From a virus (taxonomy: Duplodnaviria > Caudoviricetes): DNA of 59,680 bases. Of the stretch, positions 8,077 to 17,056 are shown piece by piece. The notes under the pieces were generated by a model. It was given only the letters and a program-made list of their open reading frames with translations, was not told the origin of the DNA and made no database searches. Within the stretch, counting starts at the first letter, position 1; each line of letters starts with the position of its first letter. The position numbers and the translations under genes are program-made. Location: positions 1 through 59,680 of the IMG/VR virus record IMGVR_UViG_3300032011_000009; one strand, written 5' to 3'.

Positions 8077-9813
8077 TTATTCGCTATCGGAAGAAATATC
8101 TTCTTCAAGCGCTTGCTTAACCACCTCTGCATCGCCCATCGCTTCTTGACCGTGAGTAATCGCGGTACTGCGCTGGCGGGATGAAAAGTATTCACCGATA
8201 TTTGTGGTGAGGTTCTGCACACCATCAAGGAGGCTTGTAACGCGCCCCTCAAGGGTCTTCGCATAGATCTCAGCGATGGCATCAAATCTTGACGCTGTGA
8301 AGTCTAGATTTCCGTGACCTTGCAGGTTAATAGTGCCGCCTAGATTTTGAATCATCTTGAAAGACACTTCCCACTGTGAGGGATCATCCCCTCGTCCCTC
8401 TGCCAACACGCGCTCTTCTTCCATAAGGATTTTTTCACGCTGGTAAAAGGTTAATGATTCAGGCAATTCCAATGGCTCTTCTTTCTCTGCGGGATCGTCC
8501 GGTGGGATGTCGCCATCGCGAGCAGCATCAGCTATCGATTTGTGGAGCATTCCACGCTTAGTGTAGCCGGGAGCCTGTGTGATGATAGCCGCGATTTGTG
8601 CCCTGTCTCCTGACTTGATGGCAGCGTTAAGCTCATCGAGAGAAACGTCGCCCAGCAGCATGCGGGTCTTCTTAGAGCCTCCAGCGATGAATTCTGGCAA
8701 GTTCTCTCTCGTAATGTCGAACTCCCAGATCTCTAGGGCACCAACAGCGCCGGACTCTTCCTTTGTTTTATATGCCACAAGGTATTTGATGGCAGGCTCG
8801 CCGCGTACGAACAAAAAGTCCACAAGGTTAGTAAAGCTTCCTTTAACACCCGTGCTTTTGCCCAGCAGCTTAAGGCTCACTGGGATGTTCTTGCCGCCAT
8901 ACTGACTGAAGGCAACGAAGTCTTCAATGGGCAGTGTGCCCTTGACTCGTCCAGCCTCCTGATGCCCACCGGTTAGTGCAGCCATGAACGCTTCAAACAC
9001 GAAGCCGGCTGATGACTCATTGAAATGATTCATTGCAGCCTTAAGGCTCTCAACAATAATCATTGTGTTGATGATAACTCGGGGGCTGGTCCTGCGCTTC
9101 GCCTTCGCTGGGTCGAGGAATTCGTTAAGGTATTGGATTCGACCTGCGATAGAAGTACCGCCGCGAACAACCTTAAAGATATTGTTTACCTGTTCCCGAT
9201 CCATGTGTTCTGGGTTTCCCCATGCCTCGGTGGGCGTGTATTTGGGAAGTGATAGCACAAACTTTTGACCAGCAGTTTGCTCTTCGTTCATCCGCTCCAT
9301 TCCACGGGCGGTCTGCATTGTCTGTTGGCTAAGTAAAGCCTTTAGTTCATCTCCGTCCATGCCACTGTCTGCCAATAGACGAATAGCCTCCATCATGTCG
9401 GAGTCTACGCCCACAAGCAGAAGCTGACGATAGATCTCGCTCCATTGTTCGGGTGTTAGGCGACCTTCATTCATAGCCATCTGCGGGCTTCCCTTGTCGC
9501 CAAGACCCTGTGGGTTTGAGAAGTGAAGCATCACGGAATCTACCATCGCAACGTCAGGCTCGCCCATGATCTCTGCGACGACGCGCTCGATTGTTGCACG
9601 GTCGCCCTCCATGCCGGCTGGCACATGAGTGGCAATCATCTCAGGGTTAATGTTTGAGTCGAACCCGGCGGGATCTGATCGGGCTGCGATATCGGGGTAA
9701 GAGTCTCCGATGGTTTCTTCGATCATCTCGACCAACATCTCTAAGTTTAATGTTGGTGCCTTGTCTGTGTTGAAATACTGCTCAACTAGCAGGTCTAAAT
9801 CTTTCTTGCTCAT
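8077..9813 (-). CDS. Hypothetical 578-aa protein with a PD-(D/E)XK-like nuclease core; candidate internal virion protein
   Basis: AGFVFEAFMAAL...LPIEDF...PVSLKLL resembles the E...D...xLK restriction-endonuclease fold; ACTAATTA 4 nt before the ATG; several hydrophobic-x-E sites. Confidence 0.55.
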   Translation of the reverse strand: MSKKDLDLLVEQYFNTDKAPTLNLEMLVEMIEETIGDSYPDIAARSDPAGFDSNINPEMIATHVPAGMEGDRATIERVVAEIMGEPDVAMVDSVMLHFSNPQGLGDKGSPQMAMNEGRLTPEQWSEIYRQLLLVGVDSDMMEAIRLLADSGMDGDELKALLSQQTMQTARGMERMNEEQTAGQKFVLSLPKYTPTEAWGNPEHMDREQVNNIFKVVRGGTSIAGRIQYLNEFLDPAKAKRRTSPRVIINTMIIVESLKAAMNHFNESSAGFVFEAFMAALTGGHQEAGRVKGTLPIEDFVAFSQYGGKNIPVSLKLLGKSTGVKGSFTNLVDFLFVRGEPAIKYLVAYKTKEESGAVGALEIWEFDITRENLPEFIAGGSKKTRMLLGDVSLDELNAAIKSGDRAQIAAIITQAPGYTKRGMLHKSIADAARDGDIPPDDPAEKEEPLELPESLTFYQREKILMEEERVLAEGRGDDPSQWEVSFKMIQNLGGTINLQGHGNLDFTASRFDAIAEIYAKTLEGRVTSLLDGVQNLTTNIGEYFSSRQRSTAITHGQEAMGDAEVVKQALEEDISSDSE

Positions 9814-9817
9814 GTCC

Positions 9818-9825
9818 TAATTAGT
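9818..9825 (-). promoter_or_regulatory. Putative late-promoter motif ACTAATTA
   Basis: 4 nt before the ATG at 9813; overlaps the amidase stop. Confidence 0.65.
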
Positions 9826-10756
9826 CCTCAATCTTTGCTTTTACTTCGTTACTTAGCTGTAATAAATCTAGCCCAGCACAGTCGATTTTCCTAGCCGTCA
9901 GGTTGTAGTGGCTAACGAACCCACTAAACTTTGCACGGGCAGAGTCCTTATGGACTCCCGTACTCGTTTCACCATCCATTGTCGGCACATCCAGCGGGAT
10001 CCCGATACCCTTGTGAACAGCTTCCCACAGGGCTTTCAATGCCTCAATCTGCACTGGATAAAAATCTGTAAATGGCTTGAGTTTTTTGCCGTGGACCCGG
10101 GCATTGTCCTGAATCGGGCGTTCTCCGAATCCTTCCCTCACATACCAGTCTTGATACTTGGGATAATATGCGTTACTAATCTCTACGCCAATGGACGCAT
10201 GGTTAACCTTGCCATTGCCTGCATGCCACGCACCGTGCTGTGTGTCTAATAGTTGATAGATAGTTCCATCGTTGTCGATGCAGAAATGTACTGAGATCCC
10301 TCGGCGTCCCAGCACCATAGCACACGACTCAGAGGACAGACACACATCCCAATGGTTGACAAACATGGTTGGCTTTCTGTCAGGCTTGCCGGCGTAGTCG
10401 TAATAGCTGCCGGCTTCACAGTCCAAGCCTAGATCTTCATCCCACAAGACAACCATATCCCAATCGATCTCTAAGAACTCTCCATTGTGTACAATGAACT
10501 TCTGATCCGAACATGACCGGGTGCCTCGATTGTAGGGAGATGGGTGAGGACTATGTTCCGAAATGCCGGATTCGCGCTCGGTCCAAATCCTCCTGTATGT
10601 CATCGGACCCACCAAACCATCTGCTTCAAGTCCATTATCTTTCTGCCACTTTTTAACAGCAGCGACTAAATCATCATCATTGTGCTCACAGCCAAACCAC
10701 GACGGCTTCCAGCCTAAGGAATCTTGTGAAGACTTGTTGTAGAATACCTTGTCCAT
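9821..10756 (-). CDS. Endolysin: peptidoglycan-binding domain plus N-acetylmuramoyl-L-alanine amidase (Amidase_2)
   Basis: AVKKWQKDNGLEADGLVGPMT (PG_binding_1), then NHWD, SVHFCIDNDGTIYQ, AWHAG, SIGVE and SHYN..KIDC. Confidence 0.9.
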   Translation of the reverse strand: MDKVFYNKSSQDSLGWKPSWFGCEHNDDDLVAAVKKWQKDNGLEADGLVGPMTYRRIWTERESGISEHSPHPSPYNRGTRSCSDQKFIVHNGEFLEIDWDMVVLWDEDLGLDCEAGSYYDYAGKPDRKPTMFVNHWDVCLSSESCAMVLGRRGISVHFCIDNDGTIYQLLDTQHGAWHAGNGKVNHASIGVEISNAYYPKYQDWYVREGFGERPIQDNARVHGKKLKPFTDFYPVQIEALKALWEAVHKGIGIPLDVPTMDGETSTGVHKDSARAKFSGFVSHYNLTARKIDCAGLDLLQLSNEVKAKIED

Positions 10757-10764
10757 TCAAAACC

Positions 10765-11415
10765 TCAAATAATAATGTCTGCGATGCCGTACTCAATTGC
10801 TTCTGAAGCTGAGAGGTATACGTTGACTTTCCTTTCGAGCAGTCTCTTGAGCGTACGCTTGGTTAGATTGGTTTCCCTGACGAGTGCGTTAACATAGTTT
10901 TCTTGAGAGTTTCTGATCTCATCCATTTCATTTTCTAGATTGTGTAGCGAGCCATGGTTCCCGCCGATGACCGAATGAATCATCACCCGGCAGTTGGCAC
11001 CAATCTTACGCTTGCCTTTGGTCCCTGCGGCTAACAGCAGAACACCCGCAGACATAACCTTGCCAAGACCGAAGGTGTGAATCTCACAATCCTTCTGGAT
11101 CATACGCATTACATCGTAGAGAGCAAACATATCGTCGGCACTGCCGCCGTATGTGGAGATGATAAACTCCATTGGCTCCCACACTTCTTTACCTTCTTCC
11201 CCAGTCTTGCCTGAGTTATGAAGGACCAATAGCCCGCTTAGTGTCTCGCGGGACTTGCGCTCATCGATGTCTCCGTAAAGACCTACGACGCGCATCTCTT
11301 CGTCAGGCTCCATGCCCAAGGCTGCAGCCAACTGCTCTGCGGTCAAATCACCGCCTGATTCTTCTTCTGACTCTTCTTCTTTCTTCTCTGCTTCTTTCTT
11401 GGGCGACATCAACAT
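10765..11415 (-). CDS. clpP: ClpP-like serine protease (paralogue 1)
   Basis: ISTYGGS, GKVMSAGVLLLAAG (catalytic Ser), RVMIH (catalytic His) and YLSASEAIEYGIAD. Confidence 0.9.
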   Translation of the reverse strand: MLMSPKKEAEKKEEESEEESGGDLTAEQLAAALGMEPDEEMRVVGLYGDIDERKSRETLSGLLVLHNSGKTGEEGKEVWEPMEFIISTYGGSADDMFALYDVMRMIQKDCEIHTFGLGKVMSAGVLLLAAGTKGKRKIGANCRVMIHSVIGGNHGSLHNLENEMDEIRNSQENYVNALVRETNLTKRTLKRLLERKVNVYLSASEAIEYGIADIII

Positions 11416-11783
11416 TATAACTTCCTTCTGTTTTCTTCAAAATGCTTGACCGCTCCCTCCCAATCAGAAAACTTTACGAACTGTTTCCTGTATGTGGTCG
11501 GGAAGCTGGCTAAGTAATTATCTATTGCTGCCTTTTTCCACCGACCAAATTCGTAATCATCCATATTTTTTTGGCGGATAATGGTAGCTTTATCTTCTGC
11601 GTCTTCTAGTTTCTTATATTTCAATGCTCTGAAAAACTCTATGTCTTCGGTCGCCGATATCATCAACTTTAATGATTGTAGTCCGACTCTTTCGACGAAC
11701 ATACCCATTCGACCTACGGTCATTAGGTTCGTTATAGCACAGCCTACCAGATACCCGATAAGTCCGCCTAGTGCATACTCCAT
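11415..11783 (-). CDS. Hypothetical protein with N-terminal TM helix
   Basis: 122 aa; GGAG RBS; TAATG-coupled to clpP. Confidence 0.7.
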   Translation of the reverse strand: MEYALGGLIGYLVGCAITNLMTVGRMGMFVERVGLQSLKLMISATEDIEFFRALKYKKLEDAEDKATIIRQKNMDDYEFGRWKKAAIDNYLASFPTTYRKQFVKFSDWEGAVKHFEENRRKL

Positions 11784-11875
11784 TGCAACTCCATTTTTAA
11801 AAACAACACTACCCTATAGCATACACTATAGGGCAGCAGTGTTAAAGCAAAATAATATTATTAGTGTTTGGCATC

Positions 11876-12370
11876 TCAGCCCTTGCGGGACTTACTTGCT
11901 GCCACAAGCCGCTTCGCAACTCGGCGGGCGACCTCATTAATCATTGCCTCGTCTTCAGTGATGGAGACATCAGCATCTGCAAGTTCTTGCATAAGCTCTT
12001 CCTCTTCTGGGGGAAGTTCTTCATCGCCTGCGACTGGCATCATTTCTTCGCCTTCGGGGGCTTCCTCTTCCTCGCCACCTTCCATGCTGACATCTGCGCC
12101 CTGCTTCTGCAGTGCTGCCACAATGTCGGAAACTAGCTCGTTCGGATCGACCTCAACAGTCTCTCCAACCTCTTCGTCTGGCATCTCTTCTTCTGGTCCC
12201 TCGTCGCCGGGAAGTTCTTCTTCTCCAGCCATTGGATCGGGACCACCTAGTTCCATCTCTTCTTCACCCAACTCAGTCAAGAACTGATCGGTGAACTTTG
12301 ATTCGATTTCAGCTAGCCGCATAAATCTGCGAGTAACTGCTTCTTTTAAAATTAGCTTCTTTTTGCTCAT
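11876..12370 (-). CDS. Highly acidic protein; candidate prohead core/scaffold or internal protein
   Basis: E/D/P-rich; LKE, LTE and INE motifs; AGGAG RBS; ACTATTTA upstream. Confidence 0.7.
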   Translation of the reverse strand: MSKKKLILKEAVTRRFMRLAEIESKFTDQFLTELGEEEMELGGPDPMAGEEELPGDEGPEEEMPDEEVGETVEVDPNELVSDIVAALQKQGADVSMEGGEEEEAPEGEEMMPVAGDEELPPEEEELMQELADADVSITEDEAMINEVARRVAKRLVAASKSRKG

Positions 12371-12414
12371 CTCGTATAATCTCCTAATAATATATTATAT
12401 GAAGGCTTCGATAA

Positions 12415-12422
12415 TAAATAGT
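12415..12422 (-). promoter_or_regulatory. Putative late-promoter motif ACTATTTA
   Basis: Intergenic, upstream of the RBS and ATG at 12370. Confidence 0.65.
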
Positions 12423-12442
12423 CTATTCAATAGCAAACGGCG

Positions 12443-12697
12443 TCATCTATTAAATAAAAAGTCTTTCAAGTATGCCGCACGAAGCGAGATTTTCCCAAGT
12501 GCCCGCTTCTCAATCTGTTGTATTCGGGCTGGGGTGTACTTTAATCTTTTTCCGACCTCTTCCAAAGTCATGTTCCCGTGATTATAAACTGCCACTAAAG
12601 TACAGTTCAGGTCGTCTGCAAAATCTATCCATAATCGGCATTCTTTCTGTTTGCATTTTTTATTTTTTTGGAGACACGTTCTTGCGCAACGTCTCAT
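12443..12697 (-). CDS. Stand-alone sigma-70 region 4 HTH protein with Cys-rich N-terminus
   Basis: MTLEEVGKRLKYTPARIQQIEKRALGKI matches sigma70 region 4.2; five Cys in the N-terminal 32 aa. Confidence 0.8.
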   Translation of the reverse strand: MRRCARTCLQKNKKCKQKECRLWIDFADDLNCTLVAVYNHGNMTLEEVGKRLKYTPARIQQIEKRALGKISLRAAYLKDFLFNR

Positions 12698-12981
12698 CCC
12701 GCCTCATCCATTACGTTTGCCGATGCAATCATGGCAGCGTGAATCTTGGATATCTCTTCGTAGCCTTTGATCACAGTTACATGGTCGCACCGATACCAAC
12801 CGCCCTGTAGCTTATCTTGAGATTCCATTTCCGGTGGGAGCGGGGTCGTAAACCTTACCCTGTGCCAGCGCCACGGAGGTAGCGAACCGGCATGGCGCAG
12901 TTCTGAATCCACTATGACTCCGTAATATCCGGGGGCAGCTTTGCGGTTCCATAACACGATGCTTCCTATTTCATAACTCAT
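12694..12981 (-). CDS. Hypothetical protein
   Basis: 95 aa, overlapping-coupled to both neighbours. Confidence 0.65.
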   Translation of the reverse strand: MSYEIGSIVLWNRKAAPGYYGVIVDSELRHAGSLPPWRWHRVRFTTPLPPEMESQDKLQGGWYRCDHVTVIKGYEEISKIHAAMIASANVMDEAG

Positions 12982-13297
12982 TGTGTTCCTCTTCGATCAT
13001 ATCAAATATGTTTTCTATTTCATTTGGGTTGAGAGCAAAATGCTCTTTAAGTTCTTTGCCTTGATCACGCAGCTTCTTAGACTTTGTGTTCTTCAGCTTG
13101 CTGTGTTTACTCTTTGTGGACTTTAATGTTTCCAGAAACTGCATAAACTCTGGCGACTGATTTAGATAAGCATCAATGCAACCACGAAAGAAATCTGACT
13201 GACTGATTCCATCATAATGTAGTCGGATGCGCAAATCTGCATGAACCTTGTCGTTCTCTCTGAAAACCACTCGCTTATTGTAGAGTTCATCTGACAT
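12971..13297 (-). CDS. Hypothetical protein, possible ribbon-helix-helix DNA-binding protein
   Basis: KRVVF...HADLRIRL...ISQSDFFRGCIDAYL is an RHH-like pattern. Confidence 0.5.
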   Translation of the reverse strand: MSDELYNKRVVFRENDKVHADLRIRLHYDGISQSDFFRGCIDAYLNQSPEFMQFLETLKSTKSKHSKLKNTKSKKLRDQGKELKEHFALNPNEIENIFDMIEEEHNEL

Positions 13298-14309
13298 TGC
13301 TTAGTCCCAGAATATGGGTGCCCGACTCAGAGATGCCTGCTGCCGTCTGGCGCGTGAACTTGGCGCGGGACTGAAGCTCCGCAAGATTGCGGGCGCCTGA
13401 ATAAGAAAGCCCGCTTCTAATCCCGTTGTCTAAGCCGCGAAGCACATCATCCACTGAGCCTTTCATCGGGATAGTAGCTGACACTCCTTCCAATGACGAC
13501 GCGCTGCCACGCCAATCCTGCTGTGCTTCTTCCGATGCCATGCCTCGATAAGTCTTGTGTGCTACGCCATCGATGTGTACGATCTCGGTACCACATGACT
13601 CTCGGGTGCCAGCCAGCATAGAACCCAGCATCACAGCATCTGCGCCTGCAGCCAGTGCCTTAACAACGTCACCACTGTTGCGGATTCCTCCGTCAGCAAT
13701 GATCGCGGCATCCATGCCAGTCTTGGCGCAGTCCATGATGGTCTGCAGCCCGGGCACACCATGACCAGTTTGAATTCTAGTAGAACAAATCGAGCCACCG
13801 CCAATGTTACATCTGATAGAGTTTGCACCCCATTCGGCTAGCGCGTTAAAGCCCTCAAGTGTAGCCACGTTGCCCGCCATAATATGTACGGTGTCGCCAA
13901 ACGTATCCTTTAGCTGCTTTATAGCTGCCTCCATCAAGGAGTGGTGACCGTGAGCAACATCAATACATAAGATCTCTGCACCCATGGCTACCACTGACTT
14001 TGCTCTGTCATGGAAGTCGCCGGTGACACCGATGGCTGCTGCCTTGGTTCCGTACTTCTGTCGCCTGATAAGTTTAGCTTGTCTGTCAATCGAACAATAG
14101 CGGTGGATAACTCCCAAGCCGCCGGCGATGCCCATGTGAGAAGCCATCAGTGCTTCAGTAACCGTATCCATGGGGGATGAAATGACTGGCAAATCCAGTC
14201 TAAAAGAACCCAGCATGGTGCCAATGTCAATCTCTTTTCTGCTACGAATGTCAGAGTACTGGGGTACCAACAAAACATCGTCATAGCTGAGACTTACCAT
14301 GGTCTTCAT
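13287..14309 (-). CDS. guaB: IMP dehydrogenase / GMP reductase family (no CBS domains)
   Basis: SYDDVLLVP, SPMDTVT, IDVAHGH, GGGSICSTR (catalytic Cys), ADGGIR and YRGMAS. Confidence 0.9.
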   Translation of the reverse strand: MKTMVSLSYDDVLLVPQYSDIRSRKEIDIGTMLGSFRLDLPVISSPMDTVTEALMASHMGIAGGLGVIHRYCSIDRQAKLIRRQKYGTKAAAIGVTGDFHDRAKSVVAMGAEILCIDVAHGHHSLMEAAIKQLKDTFGDTVHIMAGNVATLEGFNALAEWGANSIRCNIGGGSICSTRIQTGHGVPGLQTIMDCAKTGMDAAIIADGGIRNSGDVVKALAAGADAVMLGSMLAGTRESCGTEIVHIDGVAHKTYRGMASEEAQQDWRGSASSLEGVSATIPMKGSVDDVLRGLDNGIRSGLSYSGARNLAELQSRAKFTRQTAAGISESGTHILGLSNVR

Positions 14310-14608
14310 TATAGCTCTCCCTTTTCATACTTCTCGACCACTCGCTGTGCTGCCGACCAACAGTCGGGACAGTATAAACGAATGATCTTTTCTTGTTCTC
14401 TAACCACCACGTTCCACGACGACAGCATCTCACGATTCTGCTTGTCGAACTCAGCTTCGCACATCAGGCATGCTTCCGGAAGTTTAGTATAAAACTCCAT
14501 CTTATCCGCAAGATCGGGGCTTCCGTCCTTACGCTCGGCTGCAGCCACCTGTCGGCGTTGCTTGCGGTTCACGACTTCTCCATAGTGAAGGCGCTTGGAC
14601 TGCCCCAA
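14309..14608 (-). CDS. Hypothetical zinc-finger protein
   Basis: CLMC...CPDC pair. Confidence 0.65.
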   Translation of the reverse strand: MGQSKRLHYGEVVNRKQRRQVAAAERKDGSPDLADKMEFYTKLPEACLMCEAEFDKQNREMLSSWNVVVREQEKIIRLYCPDCWSAAQRVVEKYEKGEL

Positions 14609-15057
14609 GCATCACGGTTTGTGTTCTCAAAGACCACGACCGCTGAGGGGAACGGGGCGGAGTTGGTGCTGTCACCAAACTTAAGCCTGCCTTTAACAAA
14701 GTGAATTTCTTTCGCCTTCATCACAAAGTCGTGCCAATACCGTGTATCGGTGCGAGCAGGGATCAGCATGACGACCCGGGTGTGCTGCTTCTGTGATTCG
14801 CTGTATGCCTTTCGGATCCATTGATCGATCCCTCGACCATAAGGAGGGTTAACAAAAACAATATGCCCTCCCCAATCCTTAGTAAGTCCGTCCTCCGCTT
14901 CCGTATAGAAGTTGGCACACTTGGTATTGTGGGTTGTTGCACAGGGGTCAAGATCGAACGGACCAAAGCGCCAGTTCAGTTTGTCAAAGAAGTCCTGTGG
15001 GGTTGCCCACTCGCCTGTCTTGGACGAAAATAGTGTTTGTTGTGTTGCTGCGTTCAT
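14569..15057 (-). CDS. Phage DNA N6-adenine methyltransferase (T1/lambdoid Dam type)
   Basis: WATPQ, FDLDPCA, FVNPPY, LIPARTDT and GRLKF...APFPS. Confidence 0.92.
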   Translation of the reverse strand: MNAATQQTLFSSKTGEWATPQDFFDKLNWRFGPFDLDPCATTHNTKCANFYTEAEDGLTKDWGGHIVFVNPPYGRGIDQWIRKAYSESQKQHTRVVMLIPARTDTRYWHDFVMKAKEIHFVKGRLKFGDSTNSAPFPSAVVVFENTNRDAWGSPSAFTMEKS

Positions 15058-15386
15058 TTGCTCACCTTAAGAGTTTTTAAATATGCGACCATTGCATCTA
15101 ACTGCGTCCCTGTCCAGCCTGCTCCGATGGGAGGCATCAGGGGCGACTTGCCCACGGCAGTGCCGCCGGCAGCAATCGCTGTCCTTACTTGCTGGTCGGT
15201 TCGCGATGCCCAAAAGCTTGCATCCTGAAAGCTGGCGGGCTTGACAGGGAGAGAAGCAGAGGCAGGTCCGTCGCCTGCTCCGAACTCTCCATGACAGCCG
15301 GCGCACTGAACCTCATAGTCGGAGGCTGAGCCGGCTTGCGCCACTGTAGGCGCGGCGATAAAAAAGATAATGAGCAGCCTATTCAC
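15054..15386 (-). CDS. Secreted monoheme class I c-type cytochrome
   Basis: Signal peptide (…AQA), heme-binding CAGCH, GDGP motif and distal Met in SPLMP. Confidence 0.88.
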   Translation of the reverse strand: MNRLLIIFFIAAPTVAQAGSASDYEVQCAGCHGEFGAGDGPASASLPVKPASFQDASFWASRTDQQVRTAIAAGGTAVGKSPLMPPIGAGWTGTQLDAMVAYLKTLKVSK

Positions 15387-15840
15387 CAGTGCTCCCTAAT
15401 GCGCCATCGCCACGGTCGCTGATTGTGATTGGGTACCAGCCATATAAGTCACTGTCGCCTTGGCGCTCCATAGCGCGGAAGTGTACAACCGGCGTCATAA
15501 CAACTTGGGCAATCTTTGCATGTGAATCAATAACTTGTGCTCTGGTCCCAACGTTGTGAAGGTTAATAAACACTTCTCCGTCATAGCCTGAGTCGATCAC
15601 ACATGCTCCAACAATAAGGCTGCGCTTTGCAGCCATGCCGGAACGGTTCTTCACCTCCAGCATATAGCCATGCGGGATGCCGAACCTGATGCCTGTGGGC
15701 AGGACGGCGCTGGTGCCCGGTTCGATAGTAACAGGCTCGTTGTCAGCGGGGCTGAAATGGACATCCAGCCCCGCATCACTTGGGTTTGCCCGGGAAGGCG
15801 GATGTACGTTAAGATGCGTACGGCACCATTCGATCATCAT
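15379..15840 (-). CDS. dut: Trimeric dUTPase
   Basis: DAGLD, RSG, GACVIDSGYDGE, KIAQ and RGDGALGSTG motifs. Confidence 0.95.
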   Translation of the reverse strand: MMIEWCRTHLNVHPPSRANPSDAGLDVHFSPADNEPVTIEPGTSAVLPTGIRFGIPHGYMLEVKNRSGMAAKRSLIVGACVIDSGYDGEVFINLHNVGTRAQVIDSHAKIAQVVMTPVVHFRAMERQGDSDLYGWYPITISDRGDGALGSTGE

Positions 15841-16130
15841 TACTCGCTCTCGATGTCAGGGTTTGCGGCAGTCGAAAGGACGCTGTAAGTTTCATAAAGC
15901 TCGTCCAGATCAACCTCGCCCTTCATCAAACGATACGCCTTAACAGCGACACTCATCTCATCGCGAGTGAGCCAGCCTTGCCGACGATAATCGTTCCGAA
16001 GTTCGCGGCGGTGCTCCTTGTATGGCTCCATCGCATCTTCGATTTCCTTGAGAGAACGGACATACTCTATGATATACCGTTGGCGTCTTGCCTCAGCCTT
16101 AGAAATTACAGGCTTGCTTTCTGTACTCAT
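15840..16130 (-). CDS. Small helical DNA-binding protein (T4 DsbA/GapR-like)
   Basis: YVRSLKEIEDAM...RRELRNDY helical pattern; AGGAG RBS; preceded by a sigma70 promoter. Confidence 0.55.
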   Translation of the reverse strand: MSTESKPVISKAEARRQRYIIEYVRSLKEIEDAMEPYKEHRRELRNDYRRQGWLTRDEMSVAVKAYRLMKGEVDLDELYETYSVLSTAANPDIESE

Positions 16131-16163
16131 TTTTGCTCCTTTGCATGAGTGGTTAGTGTCTAT

Positions 16164-16192
16164 ATAATACCAGCTTACTGCGCTGATGTCAA
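16164..16192 (-). promoter_or_regulatory. Sigma70-like promoter
   Basis: TTGACA-N17-TATTAT on the minus strand, intergenic. Confidence 0.75.
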
Positions 16193-16193
16193 C

Positions 16194-16430
16194 CTATTTT
16201 TCATCATTTTTATCGAGATTTCGCCATCTATAATCCTGAAACTCGATTATGTTGTCCCGCAAGAAGTCGTCCGGACAACGCATGTATGCCTGTTCGTATT
16301 CTTCCATCATTTCCCGCATTAGGCGCTCTGTTCGTTTATTGCGTCGTCGCGCTAGAAACAGAGTCGCCAAGAAAAAGATAGAAAAGACTACAAAAAATGA
16401 ACTTAGTACTATTACGATAGCGGTATCCAT
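16194..16430 (-). CDS. Small single-pass membrane protein
   Basis: N-terminal hydrophobic helix followed by RRRNKR; ACTAGTTA 4 nt before the ATG. Confidence 0.65.
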   Translation of the reverse strand: MDTAIVIVLSSFFVVFSIFFLATLFLARRRNKRTERLMREMMEEYEQAYMRCPDDFLRDNIIEFQDYRWRNLDKNDEK

Positions 16431-16434
16431 GCTC

Positions 16435-16442
16435 TAACTAGT
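16435..16442 (-). promoter_or_regulatory. Putative late-promoter motif ACTAGTTA
   Basis: 4 nt before the ATG at 16430. Confidence 0.6.
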
Positions 16443-16447
16443 TAGTT

Positions 16448-17056
16448 TTATTCAAATTTAATATCTACGTTGACATCAACACTAAACTTCGGTACGCCGA
16501 TGATGTTAGCCAAGCCATGCTCTAAACACTCGTCTGCATCCAAGTACCAGTCAGCATGACCCTTATCGTGAATCATTTTCAAAAAATAGGTTTTGTTCTT
16601 GCCGCAATTTTCAGCCATCATGTAATAGACCTTCTTCTGCAGCCTCTCACATTCCTTGGCGTCTGCCTTAATCTCTTCGATTTTTCCCCACGCGCCGGAT
16701 GACACATCATGAATCATAACAGTGGCATGCGGGTCCATGTATCGCATGCCCTTCGTACCAAAGCTAAAGAGCAATGCGCCACAGGACATAGCCTTTCCTT
16801 GAACGATGGTAGCTACTGGCAGTTCAGAATTCTGAATGTCTGAGATCATGGAGAGCAGGCTATACACCTGTCCGCCATAAGAATCAATAACGACAGGAAC
16901 CACAGGCTGACCAGTGTTATGTGCCTTTGCCATCTTCTCAGAGAATTCTTTCGCTGTGACCTCGTTGAAATTCCGAACCCGGATGACAACTGGAAAGTCG
17001 TCTCTCAAGTCGTAGTCCTTCAACAAAGGACTTGCATTGATAATATGCTTCATCAT
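16448..17056 (-). CDS. clpP: ClpP-like serine protease (paralogue 2)
   Basis: IDSYGG, GKAMSCG (catalytic Ser), VMIHD (catalytic His) and DWYLDADECLEHGLA. Confidence 0.88.
   Translation of the reverse strand: MMKHIINASPLLKDYDLRDDFPVVIRVRNFNEVTAKEFSEKMAKAHNTGQPVVPVVIDSYGGQVYSLLSMISDIQNSELPVATIVQGKAMSCGALLFSFGTKGMRYMDPHATVMIHDVSSGAWGKIEEIKADAKECERLQKKVYYMMAENCGKNKTYFLKMIHDKGHADWYLDADECLEHGLANIIGVPKFSVDVNVDIKFE

Noticed and set aside
11812-11833. CCCTATAG/CTATAGGG hairpin resembling the end of a T7 promoter
   Set aside because: Only the CACTATAGGG part matches and no single-subunit RNAP is seen; more likely a local hairpin overlapping a weak sigma70-like promoter.
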